Shown: in pieces, positions 21,354 through 32,279 of the stretch
Layout of the letters: the number at the start of each line of letters is the position of its first letter
How positions within the stretch are numbered: position 1 is the first letter of the stretch
Source of the DNA: an uncultured Acidobacteriota bacterium
GTDB taxonomy: Bacteria; Acidobacteriota; Polarisedimenticolia; J045
Direction of reading: 5' to 3'
Length of the DNA stretch: 64,000 nt
Assembly (NCBI GenBank): GCA_963702425.1
Contig: CAVPCQ010000017.1
Coordinates: forward strand, 32,001-96,000
The notes under the pieces: generated by a model
The model's database searches: none
What the model saw: only the letters and a program-made list of their open reading frames with translations
Told to the model about the DNA's origin: nothing
Translations under genes and position numbers: made by a program

Positions 21354-21763
21354 TCACCTCGGTGGCGCGCCACGGAGTCGCCACATCGACAGCACAACCA
21401 CCGCACAGCCCACGAATGCGATGCCCACCACTGCAAAGCCGCCGATGTCGACCACGGACCGTGGTGGTGCCGCTGCTACGAGAAGGGGAACGAGCACGCC
21501 GCTTAGCCCGGCGGCGAGCCAGCACAGTCGTTGCGATCTCGTGACGATGATCGCGATCGCAAGTCCTCCGACAGAGATCGACGCTGCGAGGACCGCGAGG
21601 ATGATGTATGCCGGCGATGCGGAGGCGGACAGCGGCACTCCCTGTGGAAGGTACCCGAGCATCGAACCCGCGTGTAGGAAACACCGATGGAGCACAACAC
21701 CCCACCCCACGACAGTAGTCGTGAAGCTGAGCGCTAGGACTCGGCGATACGATGCTGGTGTCA
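21354..21763 (-). CDS. Small membrane protein, candidate RHS immunity protein
   Basis: About four hydrophobic segments; starts 6 bp after the RHS stop. Confidence 0.5.
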
Positions 21764-21768
21764 TAGCG

Positions 21769-24700
21769 TCAGCGGCCTCCCGTCCGCTTCCGCCACCAGG
21801 TAAGATCACGTGGGCGTGCGAGGTCGAACGGCGTGGGAGCGAAGTCCCCGAGCCCCGTCATCTGGTTGACGAGTGTGTAGCACTGTGCACTTGGCTCGAC
21901 GCCCGGTGGTGTCCAGGCGGGATTCCGCGAGAGCCATTCGTACCAGCGCCGTTGGTAAGTGGCATCCGAGCCGCGACGCCACCACCCCGGCTTCCAATCT
22001 CCCAATATCTTCCAGCCTGCGTAGGGGTCTCGGTCGCCGTTCAAGACGACGATCGCAGCATTCGGGGAGCACTTCGCGCAGTTCTTCGTATTCCCAAAAG
22101 CGAGGATCAGCTCGTCGCCATTGCCATCATGGTCAGGAGTCGGGTCGTCCCACACGAAGGTGACGTCTCCACCAGATCCCGGTCGATTCGGGTCCTCGCG
22201 GTAGATAACGTCGCCTCGTCGATATAGCCCGAGAACATCAACCCACTTCATGGGGTTGCTTCTGACATAGGCGTACAAGAGGGGGCTGACGACCGCACCC
22301 AGCGGGTCGGCCTCGAAATACCGTCCGATCGTCGGCTCGTAGTCGCGAAACCAGTTCTGGTAGAGGCTTGTCTCCGCGTCACTGTACTGACCAAGGAACC
22401 GGAGGTTGTTCGTGACGAGGTTCACGGGCGTCGAGTCGAGGGCTCCGAACGGCCGGTGCTCCGCGCGCCACTGGACTGTCCCGGCTGCTCCGGTCATGGC
22501 GATCGGCGTGCCGATGTGGTCGCCGTGGTAGAAGAGCAGGCTGTCAGTGAACGTGCGCTTGAAGACCTCGTACTCGTAGTGGTTGCCGTTGGTCAGCACC
22601 GCATCGTCGAAGGTCCGCGTCGGGTCCTGGACCGTGCCGATGACGACGTTCCCGTCGAACGTCTTGTCGGCGTAGTTCACGATCTGCTTGCGCCGGACGA
22701 TGTACTCGTTGTCGTTCTGGGCGAAGAGCGTCCAGTCGAGGTGAACGTTCGGACTCGACTTCGTGACGCGGAGGGCGTTCCCGAGCGTCAACTCGGACGG
22801 CGCCCAGTCGACGCGCCCGAGCGGTTCGAGACCGAGGAACACGTAGTCCTTGCCCGTTTCGTCGGCCGCGACGAGCTCAGTCAGGAGCGTTCCACTCGCG
22901 TCGTAGAAGAAGAGCGTCGTCTTGCCGCCGGCCGTCTTGCTCGCCCGGCGTCCGTCGCCGTCGTAGCCGAAGGTCGCCGTGGTGCCCGAATCGACGGTCT
23001 GCAGCCGGGCGTTGTCGCCGTACTGGTACGTGTGCGTCCCGTCGCCCGTGGTGTTGCCGCTGTTGTCGAACGCGTAGCTCGCGACCTCGCCACCCGTCGA
23101 CGCCGACAGGCGATTCGTGCTGCCGGAGTAGGTGTAGGTCGTGGCGGGAGTCGTCTCTCCCTTGCAAAGGCGGTTGCCGTTCCTGTCGTAGGTGTAGGTC
23201 GTGCTGCCGGTGCAGGCTGTCGCGGCACCCCACGGCCCGGACCCGCCGATCAACCGATGCGCCCCGTCGTAGCCGAAGACGCGGTTGTTCGCCGAATCGA
23301 GGTCGTCCACGCGGGACGTGAGGTTCCCGTCGTTGTCGAACGTGTGCGAGTAGTTCAAGCGTCCGGTCAGCGTCCACGTGCCGAGCTGATAGCGGGAGTC
23401 GTAGGACCGGCTGTCGACGAGCCCGTTGCCAAACGTGACGCTCGTGTGCGGGCCGAAGGGCTTGTACGTGAAGCTGCCCGCGACGGTCGCCGTGCTGCCG
23501 TTGACCTTGGCCGTCACCAGCGTCACGCGGTCGGAGAGGTCGTACGCGAAGTCCGCCTCGCCCTGCCGGCGTGCGGCATGAGCCGTCGGGTAGAGGATCT
23601 GTGTTCGGTTGCCGCTCTTGTCGTAGCCGTATTGCGTCGTGTAAGTCGCGCCACCGGTCGTGCGCTCGTCCTTCAGCAATAGCCCGCGGCGATCGTAGTG
23701 GAACACCGACGACCCCGCGGCGTCGCTCATTCCCGTGCGCCGCCCAACGCCGAAGGACACCGACGGCGAATCGTAGGTGTAGCTCACGTTCAAGGGCGAA
23801 GTGGGGTAGATCACGCCCGTGATGCGGTTGAGCGCGTCGTAGGTTCGCGTGGCGGTGACGCTCCGCGGGTCGGTGTTCGACGTCAGGTTCCCGGCGGGGT
23901 CGTAGGCGTTCGTCGTTGCGCCGGTGTCGGGTGAAGCAACCGTCAACTGCCAACCGAGGTCGTGATTCGTGTAGGTCGTGGTGTAACCGTTCGGGTCCTG
24001 CACGCTCGTGATTCCGTCCAGGCGGTCGTAGCCGTACGTCGTGAGCAGCGTGTCGGCCCCGGCGGTCTGCGTAGCCGTCCGGAGGCGGTTCAGCTCGTCG
24101 TAGGTGTAGCTCGTCACGTGCCCGAGCGGGTCCTGATCAGTCAGGCGGTTCCCGTCGTCGTCGTAGGTGGACTCGCTGAAGATCGAGCCCGGGTTCTCTG
24201 GCACGGTCGCGTTGTGGTACACGTACTGGAGCCGGTTGTAGGTGTCATAGGCGAAGTTCGTGAAGCGCTGCACGACGTTTGCGGGATCCTGGTACTCCTC
24301 GCGCGTCCGATTGCCCTCGGTGTCGTACGTCGAGACGATCTTGTTCCCGACCGCATCCGTCACGCTCGTCAACCGGTTCACGTTGTCATAGCCGTAGACC
24401 ACGCTCGCCGAACACCCACCGCCCGCGTCGACGCAGGTCGGGCGCTTAACCCAATCCTGGCGGCCCGCGGCGTCGTAGTGGATGATGGTCACGATGTCGT
24501 CGGCCGTCGTCGGACCGTTGATCCGCGTCTCGAGGAGCCGATCGCGCGCGTCGAACGTGGAGTCGGTCTCGACGGTGTTTGGGTCGACCACCACCGTCGC
24601 GTTGCCCCAGAGGTCGTACCCGCTGTAGGTCGTGACGTGGCCGAGCGCGTCGGTCACCTGTGAGACGCGGCCCCGGCGGTTGACGTCACTGTCGCCGTCC

Positions 24701-26439
24701 GCGTAGTAGTCGGTCGTCGTGACATCGGAGATATCGGTCCGCGGTCCGTTGACGGTCGTGACCTGGCCGTGGGCGTCGTAGGTGTAGGTCGTGGTGTACG
24801 AGAATGTGTTCGTCCCCGCGCATCCCGTCACCTGCTGCGTCAAGAGATCACCTGTCGAGGAGCTGTAGGTGTTGGTCGTCGTGCGGTTCGCGTTCGCGCA
24901 CGCGCCCACGGATTGAATCTGCTCGGTCGCAAGAAGGGTGTAGGTCGGGTGGTACGTGAAGGTCCACGTGCGTTGCAGCCCGGCCACACCGACCGCGTCG
25001 ATGCGCGTGCCTGGGTTCCCCTTCGCGTCGTAGTTCTGCCACTGGGTTCGAGTGCCGCGCCCGTCGACGCGCTCGGTCAGGTTCAGGAACCGATCATACG
25101 TCAGGCTTGTGTGCGTCCCGCCAGTTCCGCACGAGGCGCAGCCGGGACCCGTGCTCGACGTCACCAGGCCGTTGAACGAGTCGTAGGTGTAGACCGTGTC
25201 GTGGCCGAGGCTGTTCGTGACCGTCGTTTGCGTCGTCGAGTCGAACGACAGGTCGTAGGCGTAGTTGCCGCCGTCCGACTCCGTGTGCTGCACCCGGTCG
25301 TTGGCGAGGTACGTGTGGCTCTCGATCACATGGTGCAACGCGTCGCGAGCCGCTGTCAGGTTGTGCGCGTCGTTGGGATCCGCGTACTCGTAGGTCACGT
25401 CCGACGAATCCGGGAAGTCCACGCGCGTCAAGTTGCCGCCCGAATAGGTGTAGGTCACGGTCCGAGCACCGGCGACCACCGTCTGCAGTAGGCCGCCCGA
25501 GTGGTTCAGCGTGACCGAACGGCCGAAGAGGTCGGTGATCGTCGTGAGGGTCGACCCGCTGTACGCGAACGTCAGCGCGTTGCCGTTCCGATCGGCGATC
25601 TTCGTCAGCTTGCCGCCGCTGTCGAACTCGTACTTCGTCTGGTACTTGTCGGTGACGCGCCATGCCGGGGTGCCCGGCGCAGTGAGAACCAGGTGCTCGA
25701 TCCGGTTCTCGTCCCAGCCTCCCGCGGCGTTCTTGGCGAAGTATACCCGCCGGCCCGTGGCGTCGACGAACACTTTCTGGCCCGCGGTGGGCGCCTCGAG
25801 CCGGATCGAGTAGCTGTGCTGCCAGCCGTATCCGAGCGGTCCGTTGTAGGACGACTGGTTGTCGTAGCGACGGGTGAAGACGATCGGCAGCGGGCCCTGT
25901 ACAGTCAGGTCGGTCATCGCGTGAAACATCCGGCCGGTCGCGACATCGACCGGGTGCCCGACGGTGCTCTTGTTGCAGTCGGTGCACTGCGTGCACGCGC
26001 TGTAGTTGCTCTGCCACACGGCGATCGTGTTCGACTGCGGCTTCGGGCTGCACGGTGTGAGGCACAGGACCGGGCAGCGCGGCGGAGGATCCATGACGAG
26101 TTGGATCGTGTTCATGCACGAGCTGAACGCGTTGCCGTCGAGCGTGATCGTGAACGTCGTGTCGTTGCACTGGTCGGGGAACGTGCACCCGCACCCCGCG
26201 CCGGAGCAACTCACGGGGGCACCGTTGACATAGGGGGTGATCGCGAAGTTCGCGCCACCGCCGCCGCAGGTGTTCCCGGTGACCTGGAAGGTCACGTCGA
26301 CCGTCGCGGGCGGTCCGCCGCCGCTGGTCAGGAACGCTTGGTCAGTCGGAGACACGATGGTGATTACCGGCGCGGCCGAGGCGGGGAGTGCCGCCAACGC
26401 CGCGAGGATCGGAACGACTAGGAGCCGCGCTCTCGTCAT
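21769..26439 (-). CDS. RHS/YD-repeat protein with signal peptide and unknown C-terminal domain
   Basis: HPVDVATG, LGYGWQH, many YD repeats, NLRFLGQY, YAYVRSNPMKWVDVLGL core end. Confidence 0.95.
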   Translation of the reverse strand: MTRARLLVVPILAALAALPASAAPVITIVSPTDQAFLTSGGGPPATVDVTFQVTGNTCGGGGANFAITPYVNGAPVSCSGAGCGCTFPDQCNDTTFTITLDGNAFSSCMNTIQLVMDPPPRCPVLCLTPCSPKPQSNTIAVWQSNYSACTQCTDCNKSTVGHPVDVATGRMFHAMTDLTVQGPLPIVFTRRYDNQSSYNGPLGYGWQHSYSIRLEAPTAGQKVFVDATGRRVYFAKNAAGGWDENRIEHLVLTAPGTPAWRVTDKYQTKYEFDSGGKLTKIADRNGNALTFAYSGSTLTTITDLFGRSVTLNHSGGLLQTVVAGARTVTYTYSGGNLTRVDFPDSSDVTYEYADPNDAHNLTAARDALHHVIESHTYLANDRVQHTESDGGNYAYDLSFDSTTQTTVTNSLGHDTVYTYDSFNGLVTSSTGPGCASCGTGGTHTSLTYDRFLNLTERVDGRGTRTQWQNYDAKGNPGTRIDAVGVAGLQRTWTFTYHPTYTLLATEQIQSVGACANANRTTTNTYSSSTGDLLTQQVTGCAGTNTFSYTTTYTYDAHGQVTTVNGPRTDISDVTTTDYYADGDSDVNRRGRVSQVTDALGHVTTYSGYDLWGNATVVVDPNTVETDSTFDARDRLLETRINGPTTADDIVTIIHYDAAGRQDWVKRPTCVDAGGGCSASVVYGYDNVNRLTSVTDAVGNKIVSTYDTEGNRTREEYQDPANVVQRFTNFAYDTYNRLQYVYHNATVPENPGSIFSESTYDDDGNRLTDQDPLGHVTSYTYDELNRLRTATQTAGADTLLTTYGYDRLDGITSVQDPNGYTTTYTNHDLGWQLTVASPDTGATTNAYDPAGNLTSNTDPRSVTATRTYDALNRITGVIYPTSPLNVSYTYDSPSVSFGVGRRTGMSDAAGSSVFHYDRRGLLLKDERTTGGATYTTQYGYDKSGNRTQILYPTAHAARRQGEADFAYDLSDRVTLVTAKVNGSTATVAGSFTYKPFGPHTSVTFGNGLVDSRSYDSRYQLGTWTLTGRLNYSHTFDNDGNLTSRVDDLDSANNRVFGYDGAHRLIGGSGPWGAATACTGSTTYTYDRNGNRLCKGETTPATTYTYSGSTNRLSASTGGEVASYAFDNSGNTTGDGTHTYQYGDNARLQTVDSGTTATFGYDGDGRRASKTAGGKTTLFFYDASGTLLTELVAADETGKDYVFLGLEPLGRVDWAPSELTLGNALRVTKSSPNVHLDWTLFAQNDNEYIVRRKQIVNYADKTFDGNVVIGTVQDPTRTFDDAVLTNGNHYEYEVFKRTFTDSLLFYHGDHIGTPIAMTGAAGTVQWRAEHRPFGALDSTPVNLVTNNLRFLGQYSDAETSLYQNWFRDYEPTIGRYFEADPLGAVVSPLLYAYVRSNPMKWVDVLGLYRRGDVIYREDPNRPGSGGDVTFVWDDPTPDHDGNGDELILAFGNTKNCAKCSPNAAIVVLNGDRDPYAGWKILGDWKPGWWRRGSDATYQRRWYEWLSRNPAWTPPGVEPSAQCYTLVNQMTGLGDFAPTPFDLARPRDLTWWRKRTGGR

Positions 26440-26954
26440 GGGTTCCCCCCTTCACACGTGCTCGGGATCGAGAGATATGCGATCTACGTGCCGGTTTCGC
26501 TCGGGGCGGGCTCGCCGGCAGTCCGACGACAGTGCCCTGCTACCGCTGACGCATCGCGTCCCACCGCGACGCACGAGCCAGGCAGCACCTGCAAGGGCTC
26601 GCGGGGAGCTGCCCCGTACTCGTTGGACGGCGCAGTAATGCGCAGCATCCTAGCACCCCGGCGGCCTGCGGGTCGCCGGGACTCCGCCTGTTACGGAACT
26701 GGCCTTGCAGTACCGCAAAGCGATGGGACCGGCCAGGCCCGGCCGCACCGCGCGCGCGACCCCCAAGGGCATGGGGTCCGAAAGCGCGACGCACCTGGAA
26801 CGAAACCGTAGCGACGGTGCCGTCGCTACGGCCAGCATCGAGCAGAGTGGGTGCGATTGCCGACGATCCGGCGTCCGCTCGCGCGTATCACGATATCGGG
26901 ACCACTTTGCGCTCCGGCAGGCGCCACTACCTTCGGCCGACGGCCTCCCGCGCC

Positions 26955-27277
26955 AGGAGCACAGCCCGACCGCCTACCCCGTCTTCGGCCCCAAAGAGCT
27001 CACGGTCCAGGCCGTCGCCGACTGGTTCTCCGACCGCCACGCCGACGAGTACGACCGCAAGGTCACGCCAAAGTGGGTCGGAACGATCCTCAGGAACCGC
27101 CTGCACCTCCGGACCGAGAAGCGGCACGGCGTGTTCACGCTCGCGGACAGCGAGGGACCGAAGCTCGATCTTCTGTTCGAGCGGTTCGGGGTCGCGAGCG
27201 GCGCCAACGACCCCACGTCGAAACGCTCACTCCCAGAGTCGATCAGCCCGAGCAGCCATCAAACACCGTGGGGATAA
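26955..27277 (+). pseudogene. Internally deleted paralog of the 19985-20683 gene
   Basis: SPTAYPVFGPK is joined directly to WFSDRH.DEYDRKVTPKW. Confidence 0.55.
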
Positions 27278-27311
27278 TCGAGCCGCACGCGGAATCTCCG
27301 AGGGAGAACCC

Positions 27312-27908
27312 ATGCCCGCCGATTCGAACATCTCCGTCTCGAGGCTCGTCACCCTCTTCCCCGAGACACTTCCGCTCGCTGCAGTGGTCGAGAGTGACGC
27401 CTTCACCGCTGCCGATCGTGATGCCCTGCGCGAGGCACTCCCATGGGGCACCATCTTCCATCTGAGCAACGTCTTCCACGCTCTTGCCCACGGCACCGTC
27501 ACAGAAGGCGGTCTCGCCCCGCTCCTTCGGCTGACACGGGGGACAGGTGCCAGCGGGTGTGGGCACCCCGGTGGACAACGACTCGGATCGGTTCGGGGTG
27601 TCTCCCGACCTCGGGTACGGATCCTCCGGACTCTCGGCATGAGCCTGCTGGAAATGGCTGCGCAGGTATCGGGGCTGCGGTTGCAGGCCTCGAACGTCAC
27701 GCGACTGCGGACGGTCATCGGTGACGCGGACCTCGGGACGTTCGTGGCGCTGCTGAACCGCTTGTGCGGCGAACGTGCGCGGACCATGGCGCGCCAGGGC
27801 ATCGCGCGCGACGACACGCCATCGGAGCGGCGCCCGATCAAGCGCAACGCGGCACGGTTCGCGTCGTCCCAAGGAAGGTCGACCGCCCGTCGCCCCGACC
27901 GCCCGTAG
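27312..27908 (+). CDS. Hypothetical protein, possibly degraded
   Basis: RBS GGGAGA then MPADSNISVSRL; only the N-terminal half looks protein-like. Confidence 0.35.
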   Translation: MPADSNISVSRLVTLFPETLPLAAVVESDAFTAADRDALREALPWGTIFHLSNVFHALAHGTVTEGGLAPLLRLTRGTGASGCGHPGGQRLGSVRGVSRPRVRILRTLGMSLLEMAAQVSGLRLQASNVTRLRTVIGDADLGTFVALLNRLCGERARTMARQGIARDDTPSERRPIKRNAARFASSQGRSTARRPDRP

Positions 27909-28274
27909 CGCCGGTTCCGAGGGCGACGCGGTCGGCGCCCGATGAGCCTATTCCTCCGGGCTCGGAGTGAGCGGCAACGGGGGTCTTTGAGGAGCGGTGC
28001 TCGGCGTCGACGAAGATCCGACTTCGATCGGGGGACTTCGGGGACATTGGAGACTTCGCTCGGTGCAAGTACCAGGCGGATTCCGCGGCTCTTCGCCGCG
28101 CGAACCTTGGCCAAGTGCGCACCTGCCATCTCCCGGGCAACGTCCCCCTCATCCCCCAAGTCCCCCGAAGCGCCGCCTCGCAAGCCGAACACAGGAACGT
28201 GCCGCCTCCGGCACGTCCTCCACCCTAGGCATCCTGCGTGCAGTTGCTACGATGGACGGGTAACCAAGGAGGGA

Positions 28275-28619
28275 ATGCCCAGACGCATCAACTATCTCCG
28301 CACCCATCGCAAGCGGTGCGGACTGTCCCAGACCGACGTGGCCTTCGTGCTCGGAGCCCACGGCGGTTCGAAGGTCTCACGCTACGAATGGCAGCATCGG
28401 ACGCCACCGCTGCCGACGGTCCTCGCGCTCGAGATCCTCTTCCACGCCCCGGCCCGCGATCTCTTCGGCGGGCTCTACGCGGAGATCGAGCGCGCCACGC
28501 TCCGCCGCATCGCGCAGCTCGCGACGCGGGTCGAACGTTGTCGTCCCGGTCAACTGCGCGACCATCGTCTTGCCGCACTCCGCGGCGCCCTCGATCGCGC
28601 CAGAACGTCGCGGTCATGA
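28275..28619 (+). CDS. XRE-family HTH regulator
   Basis: NYLRTHRKRCGLSQTDVAFVLG...VSRYE; AAGGAGG RBS. Confidence 0.8.
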   Translation: MPRRINYLRTHRKRCGLSQTDVAFVLGAHGGSKVSRYEWQHRTPPLPTVLALEILFHAPARDLFGGLYAEIERATLRRIAQLATRVERCRPGQLRDHRLAALRGALDRARTSRS

Positions 28620-28830
28620 CGAGGACCCCGAAGAATCCGCTCGTTCTCGCGGTGCAGCCGTCCTGCCGCGGCTTCGGGTTCGTGCTCCTCGAAAGCTGGA
28701 GCCGGCTCGTCGACTGGGGCCTCTACGGCGCGAGGACCGCGAGGAACGACGCGTGTCTCCGACGCCTCGAGCGGCTGCTCGACGCGTATCGGCCCGATGT
28801 CGTGATCGTCGAAGACACGGCCGCTCCAGG
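28616..28830 (+). pseudogene. RuvC/RNase H-fold-like protein, truncated by module 3
   Basis: VLAVQPSCRGFGFVLLE...LVDWG...PDVVIVED. Confidence 0.55.
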
Positions 28831-29571
28831 TCGCGCGCCTCGCGACCCGCGTGGCGGGGAGCCTTGCACGCCTGCTCACGCGCCGTGGTCTTGGACCGGA
28901 CGACGATCCCGAGCTCGCCGACCCGCTCGCCGCGGACGAGCCCTGGCTCGCGGCCCTCGCGGCGGCGTCGACCCGCGGCCGGATCGCGACCGGGCCGCGC
29001 GCCGGACAGCGCCCCCTGCGACTGGGCGACCGCGTCGATCCCGAGGATCTCCCGGCTTCCGGCGTCCCGCTCTGCGCCCAGGTCGCGGGGGTCTCGCTCC
29101 ACGCCGCCGTCGCCGTTCCGGCCCACGATCGGCAGCGGCTCGAGCGGCTTTGCCGTTACGTCGCCCGACCGCCCCTCGCCAGCGAGCGGCTCTCCCGGCT
29201 CGAGGACGGCCGCCTGCTCTACCGGCTCAAGCGCCGCTGGCGCGACGGCACGACGGCGCTCGTCTTCGAGCCGCTCGAATTGATCGAGCGGCTCGCCGCG
29301 CTGGTGCCGCCGCCGCGCCGACACCTCGTCCGCTACCACGGGGTCCTCGCCCCCGCCTCCGCGCTGCGCCCGTGGATCGTGCCCCATCCGCCCACCGAGG
29401 ACGGGATCCCCGCCGACGACGTCACATCCAAGCCGTCACCTCCGGCACCTGGCCTCACGTCGCCGGGTGCGCGGCCTCCCGGCGCACGGTCTCCCGACCC
29501 CCGCGGCCGCTACCTCTCCTGGGCCGAGTTACTGCGCCGAGTGTTCGCTCTGGACGCCCTCCGCTGCCCGC

Positions 29572-30078
29572 AGTGCATCACAGACTACGTACCGCGATCT
29601 TGAACTTCCCGATCGTGTCGTTGTCACCCATCGGCCACATCCGCTGCGAGGGCAGTCGCTGAAAGTGACCCGCCTGCGCCGGTTGGGCAGCGGGGCCTGT
29701 TGGTGCGTTCGTCTGCCCGACGGCTCCACCGGTGTCGTGCCGTGCCGCTGGACCGACCATCCGCTGGCGGACGTCCCGCCGGCGCCGTCGGAGGCGCACG
29801 GCCGCGCGACCCCGCGGGCGCTGCGCGATCTCACGCGACTGCTCGAACGGCTTGTCCTCCCGGACCCGGACCTCGATGCTCCCGCCGGCGATTCGGCAGA
29901 AGGAGGTCGGCATGGGCGAGCAAGGCCGTCTGTTCGAGCGGCACCCGCTCCCGTGGGTGGTGCGACTGTGGAGCACGATCGAGCCCGACGCGCGACGGGA
30001 GGTGGTCACGCTGCTGGCGGAGATGGCTCGCCGGTCGCTGCTCGCACGCGGGTCGGACGGCCCGGAGGAGTCGGATGA
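29572..30078 (+). CDS. DUF5372/Y4bD-like ORF (start supplied by ATG 32302 on the excised circle)
   Basis: Same as 4062-4568. Confidence 0.6.
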   Translation, partial: SASQTTYRDLELPDRVVVTHRPHPLRGQSLKVTRLRRLGSGACWCVRLPDGSTGVVPCRWTDHPLADVPPAPSEAHGRATPRALRDLTRLLERLVLPDPDLDAPAGDSAEGGRHGRARPSVRAAPAPVGGATVEHDRARRATGGGHAAGGDGSPVAARTRVGRPGGVG

Positions 30079-30088
30079 TGAATCTTGA
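29912..30088 (+). CDS. Small protein upstream of LSR
   Basis: AGGAGG RBS; MGEQGRLF. Confidence 0.6.
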   Translation: MGEQGRLFERHPLPWVVRLWSTIEPDARREVVTLLAEMARRSLLARGSDGPEESDDES

Positions 30089-32279
30089 CGAGATCACCCC
30101 GGCCCAGCGCGCGCGGTGGGCCTGCGTCTACGTGCGGCAGTCGTCGCTCCACCAGGTCCGCCAGCACCCGGAGAGCCAGCGTCGCCAGCGCGAGCTCGTC
30201 GAGCGCGCCGTCGCGCTGGGCTGGCCGCCCGAGCGGATCACCGTCTTCGACCAGGACCTGGGCGAGACCGCGGCCCGCAGCGGCGAGCGCGCCGGCTTCG
30301 ACGAGATGGTCGCCCAGACGGCGTTGGGACAGGTCGGCCTGATTCTCGGCCTCGACGTCTCGCGCATTTCGCGGAGCAACCGGAATTGGTACCATCTGCT
30401 CGACATCTGCGCGATCCGTCAGACGCTGATCGGCGATGCCGAAGGGATCTACGACCCGCGGGCCTACAACGATCGGCTGTTGCTGGGCCTGAAAGGGACG
30501 ATGAGTGAAGCCGAGCTGCACATGATGAAGCAGCGCCTGGTCGAAGCGATGCGCAGCAAGGCGCAGCGGGGCGCGTTCCGCTTCCGGCCGGGTCCGGGTT
30601 ACGTCTGGGACGACGCCGGCCGCTTGGTGAAGGACCCGGACGCGCAGGTGCGGGCGACGATCGAGCGGATCTTCGCCTGCTTCGAGCAGCTCGGTACCGT
30701 GCGGGCCGCCCACCGCGCGCTGCTCGCCGACGGGATCGAGGTGCCCGTCCTGAGCGGTCCCGGCCACCGCACGCGCTTCCAGCCGCCGGACGAAGGCTAC
30801 CTGTATCGCCTGCTGCGGAATCCGCTCTACGCCGGGGCCTACGTCTACGGCCGGAGCCAGGTCGTCGAAGCGCTCGATGCGGCGCAGCGACCGATCAAGC
30901 GCCTGCGCCGCCGGGCCCCGGAGCAGTGGCCGGTGCTGATCCAGGATCATCACGAGAGCTACCTGGCGTGGGAGCAGTTCGAGCGCAACCAGCGCCAGAT
31001 CGCGGCCAACCGCAAGGGACCGGGACCCGGTCCGCCGCGCGAAGGCCGGTCGCTGCTGCAGGGGCTCTTGCTCTGCGGTCGCTGCGGCCGGCGGATGCAG
31101 GTGAGCTATGGCCGTCGCGGCCGGCACGTGCGGTACACCTGCGGGGGCCGGCGCCGGCAGTTGCAGGGCGGTTCGGCAAGCTGCCCGGACGTCGGGGCGC
31201 TGCGGATCGAACAGGCGGTCGAGAAGCTGGTCCTGAGCGCGCTGGAGCCGCTGGGCGCGGAGGCGCTGCTCGAGGCCTCGGCGCGGCACGCCGAGGCGAG
31301 CCTCCAGGAGCGTGTGCGTTGGGAGCAGCAGATCGAGCGCGCGCGCTACGAAGTCGACCTGGCGCGTCGGCAGTACGAGGCCGTCGATCCGGCCCACCGC
31401 CTGGTCGCCGGGGAGCTGGAGCGGCGCTGGGAAGTCGCCCTGAAGGCGCTGGAGGACGTGCGGCGCCGGGCGGAGGCCCAGCTCCGCACGCTCGAGCCGG
31501 CGCTCGGCGAGGACGACCAGCGACGGCTGCGGCAGACCCTCGCGGCGCTGCCGCGCCTGTGGCAGGCGGCGACGACGCGGGTGCAGGACAAGAAGCGGGT
31601 CCTGCGCTGCCTGATCGAGAATGTCGTCGTCGCGATTCCGGACGACGGCCCGGAGGTGCGGGTCGAGGTGCACTGGGTGGGCGGCGAGATGACGCCGCTG
31701 GCCGTGCGGCGCGGCCGCCCGGGCGAGACACGTTTCATCGCCGACGAGGCGCTGGTGGCGCTGGTGCGGGACCTTGCCGTGGAGTTCACCGATGACCAGA
31801 TCGCGCGGATCCTCGGGCGCAAGGGGCTCAAGACCCCGACCGGGCTGCCCTTCACGCGGCTGCGCGTGACCTCGATGCGTGGCAACCACGACCTCCCCGG
31901 TCTCGGACGCCGGCCGTTGGACGGCGAGGACGTGTACGACGCCGATCAGGCCGCCGAGAAGCTCGGCGTCGCGACCAGCACGGTGATCCGCTGGGTGGAG
32001 CTGGGCCTGCTGAAGGGCAGGCAACGCACGCCCGGTGCCCCGTGGCGCATCCGCGTGACGGCGGACGACCAGCGCCGGCTCACCGAGGTCGACGCGCCCG
32101 CGGGCTGGCTCCCGCTCAAGGCTGCCGCCCTCGCCCTGGGTGTCAGCCAGCAGACGGTCTTGCACCAACTCAAGGGCGGGCAACTCGAGGGCGTCCGGGT
32201 CCGGGTCCGAGCCCGATCGGCCTGGCGAATTCACGTCCCGTCAACGCGTTACCCATCACGGACGACGCTCTTCGACTGA
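30075..32279 (+). CDS. Large serine recombinase A (intact, 734 aa)
   Basis: YVRQSS, DVSRISRS, NPLYAG, CGRCG, two C-terminal HTH-like segments. Confidence 0.93.
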   Translation: MMNLDEITPAQRARWACVYVRQSSLHQVRQHPESQRRQRELVERAVALGWPPERITVFDQDLGETAARSGERAGFDEMVAQTALGQVGLILGLDVSRISRSNRNWYHLLDICAIRQTLIGDAEGIYDPRAYNDRLLLGLKGTMSEAELHMMKQRLVEAMRSKAQRGAFRFRPGPGYVWDDAGRLVKDPDAQVRATIERIFACFEQLGTVRAAHRALLADGIEVPVLSGPGHRTRFQPPDEGYLYRLLRNPLYAGAYVYGRSQVVEALDAAQRPIKRLRRRAPEQWPVLIQDHHESYLAWEQFERNQRQIAANRKGPGPGPPREGRSLLQGLLLCGRCGRRMQVSYGRRGRHVRYTCGGRRRQLQGGSASCPDVGALRIEQAVEKLVLSALEPLGAEALLEASARHAEASLQERVRWEQQIERARYEVDLARRQYEAVDPAHRLVAGELERRWEVALKALEDVRRRAEAQLRTLEPALGEDDQRRLRQTLAALPRLWQAATTRVQDKKRVLRCLIENVVVAIPDDGPEVRVEVHWVGGEMTPLAVRRGRPGETRFIADEALVALVRDLAVEFTDDQIARILGRKGLKTPTGLPFTRLRVTSMRGNHDLPGLGRRPLDGEDVYDADQAAEKLGVATSTVIRWVELGLLKGRQRTPGAPWRIRVTADDQRRLTEVDAPAGWLPLKAAALALGVSQQTVLHQLKGGQLEGVRVRVRARSAWRIHVPSTRYPSRTTLFD

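Noticed and set aside
28616-28830. RuvC-like fragment as TnpB or Cas12
   Set aside because: Short N-terminal RNase H-like motif only, truncated, with no supporting context.
30006-32234. Long antisense or alternate-frame ORFs (also 5936-8209, 38158-40269, 47988-50126, 60393-62435 chimera)
   Set aside because: Shadow ORFs of high-GC genes with no motifs.
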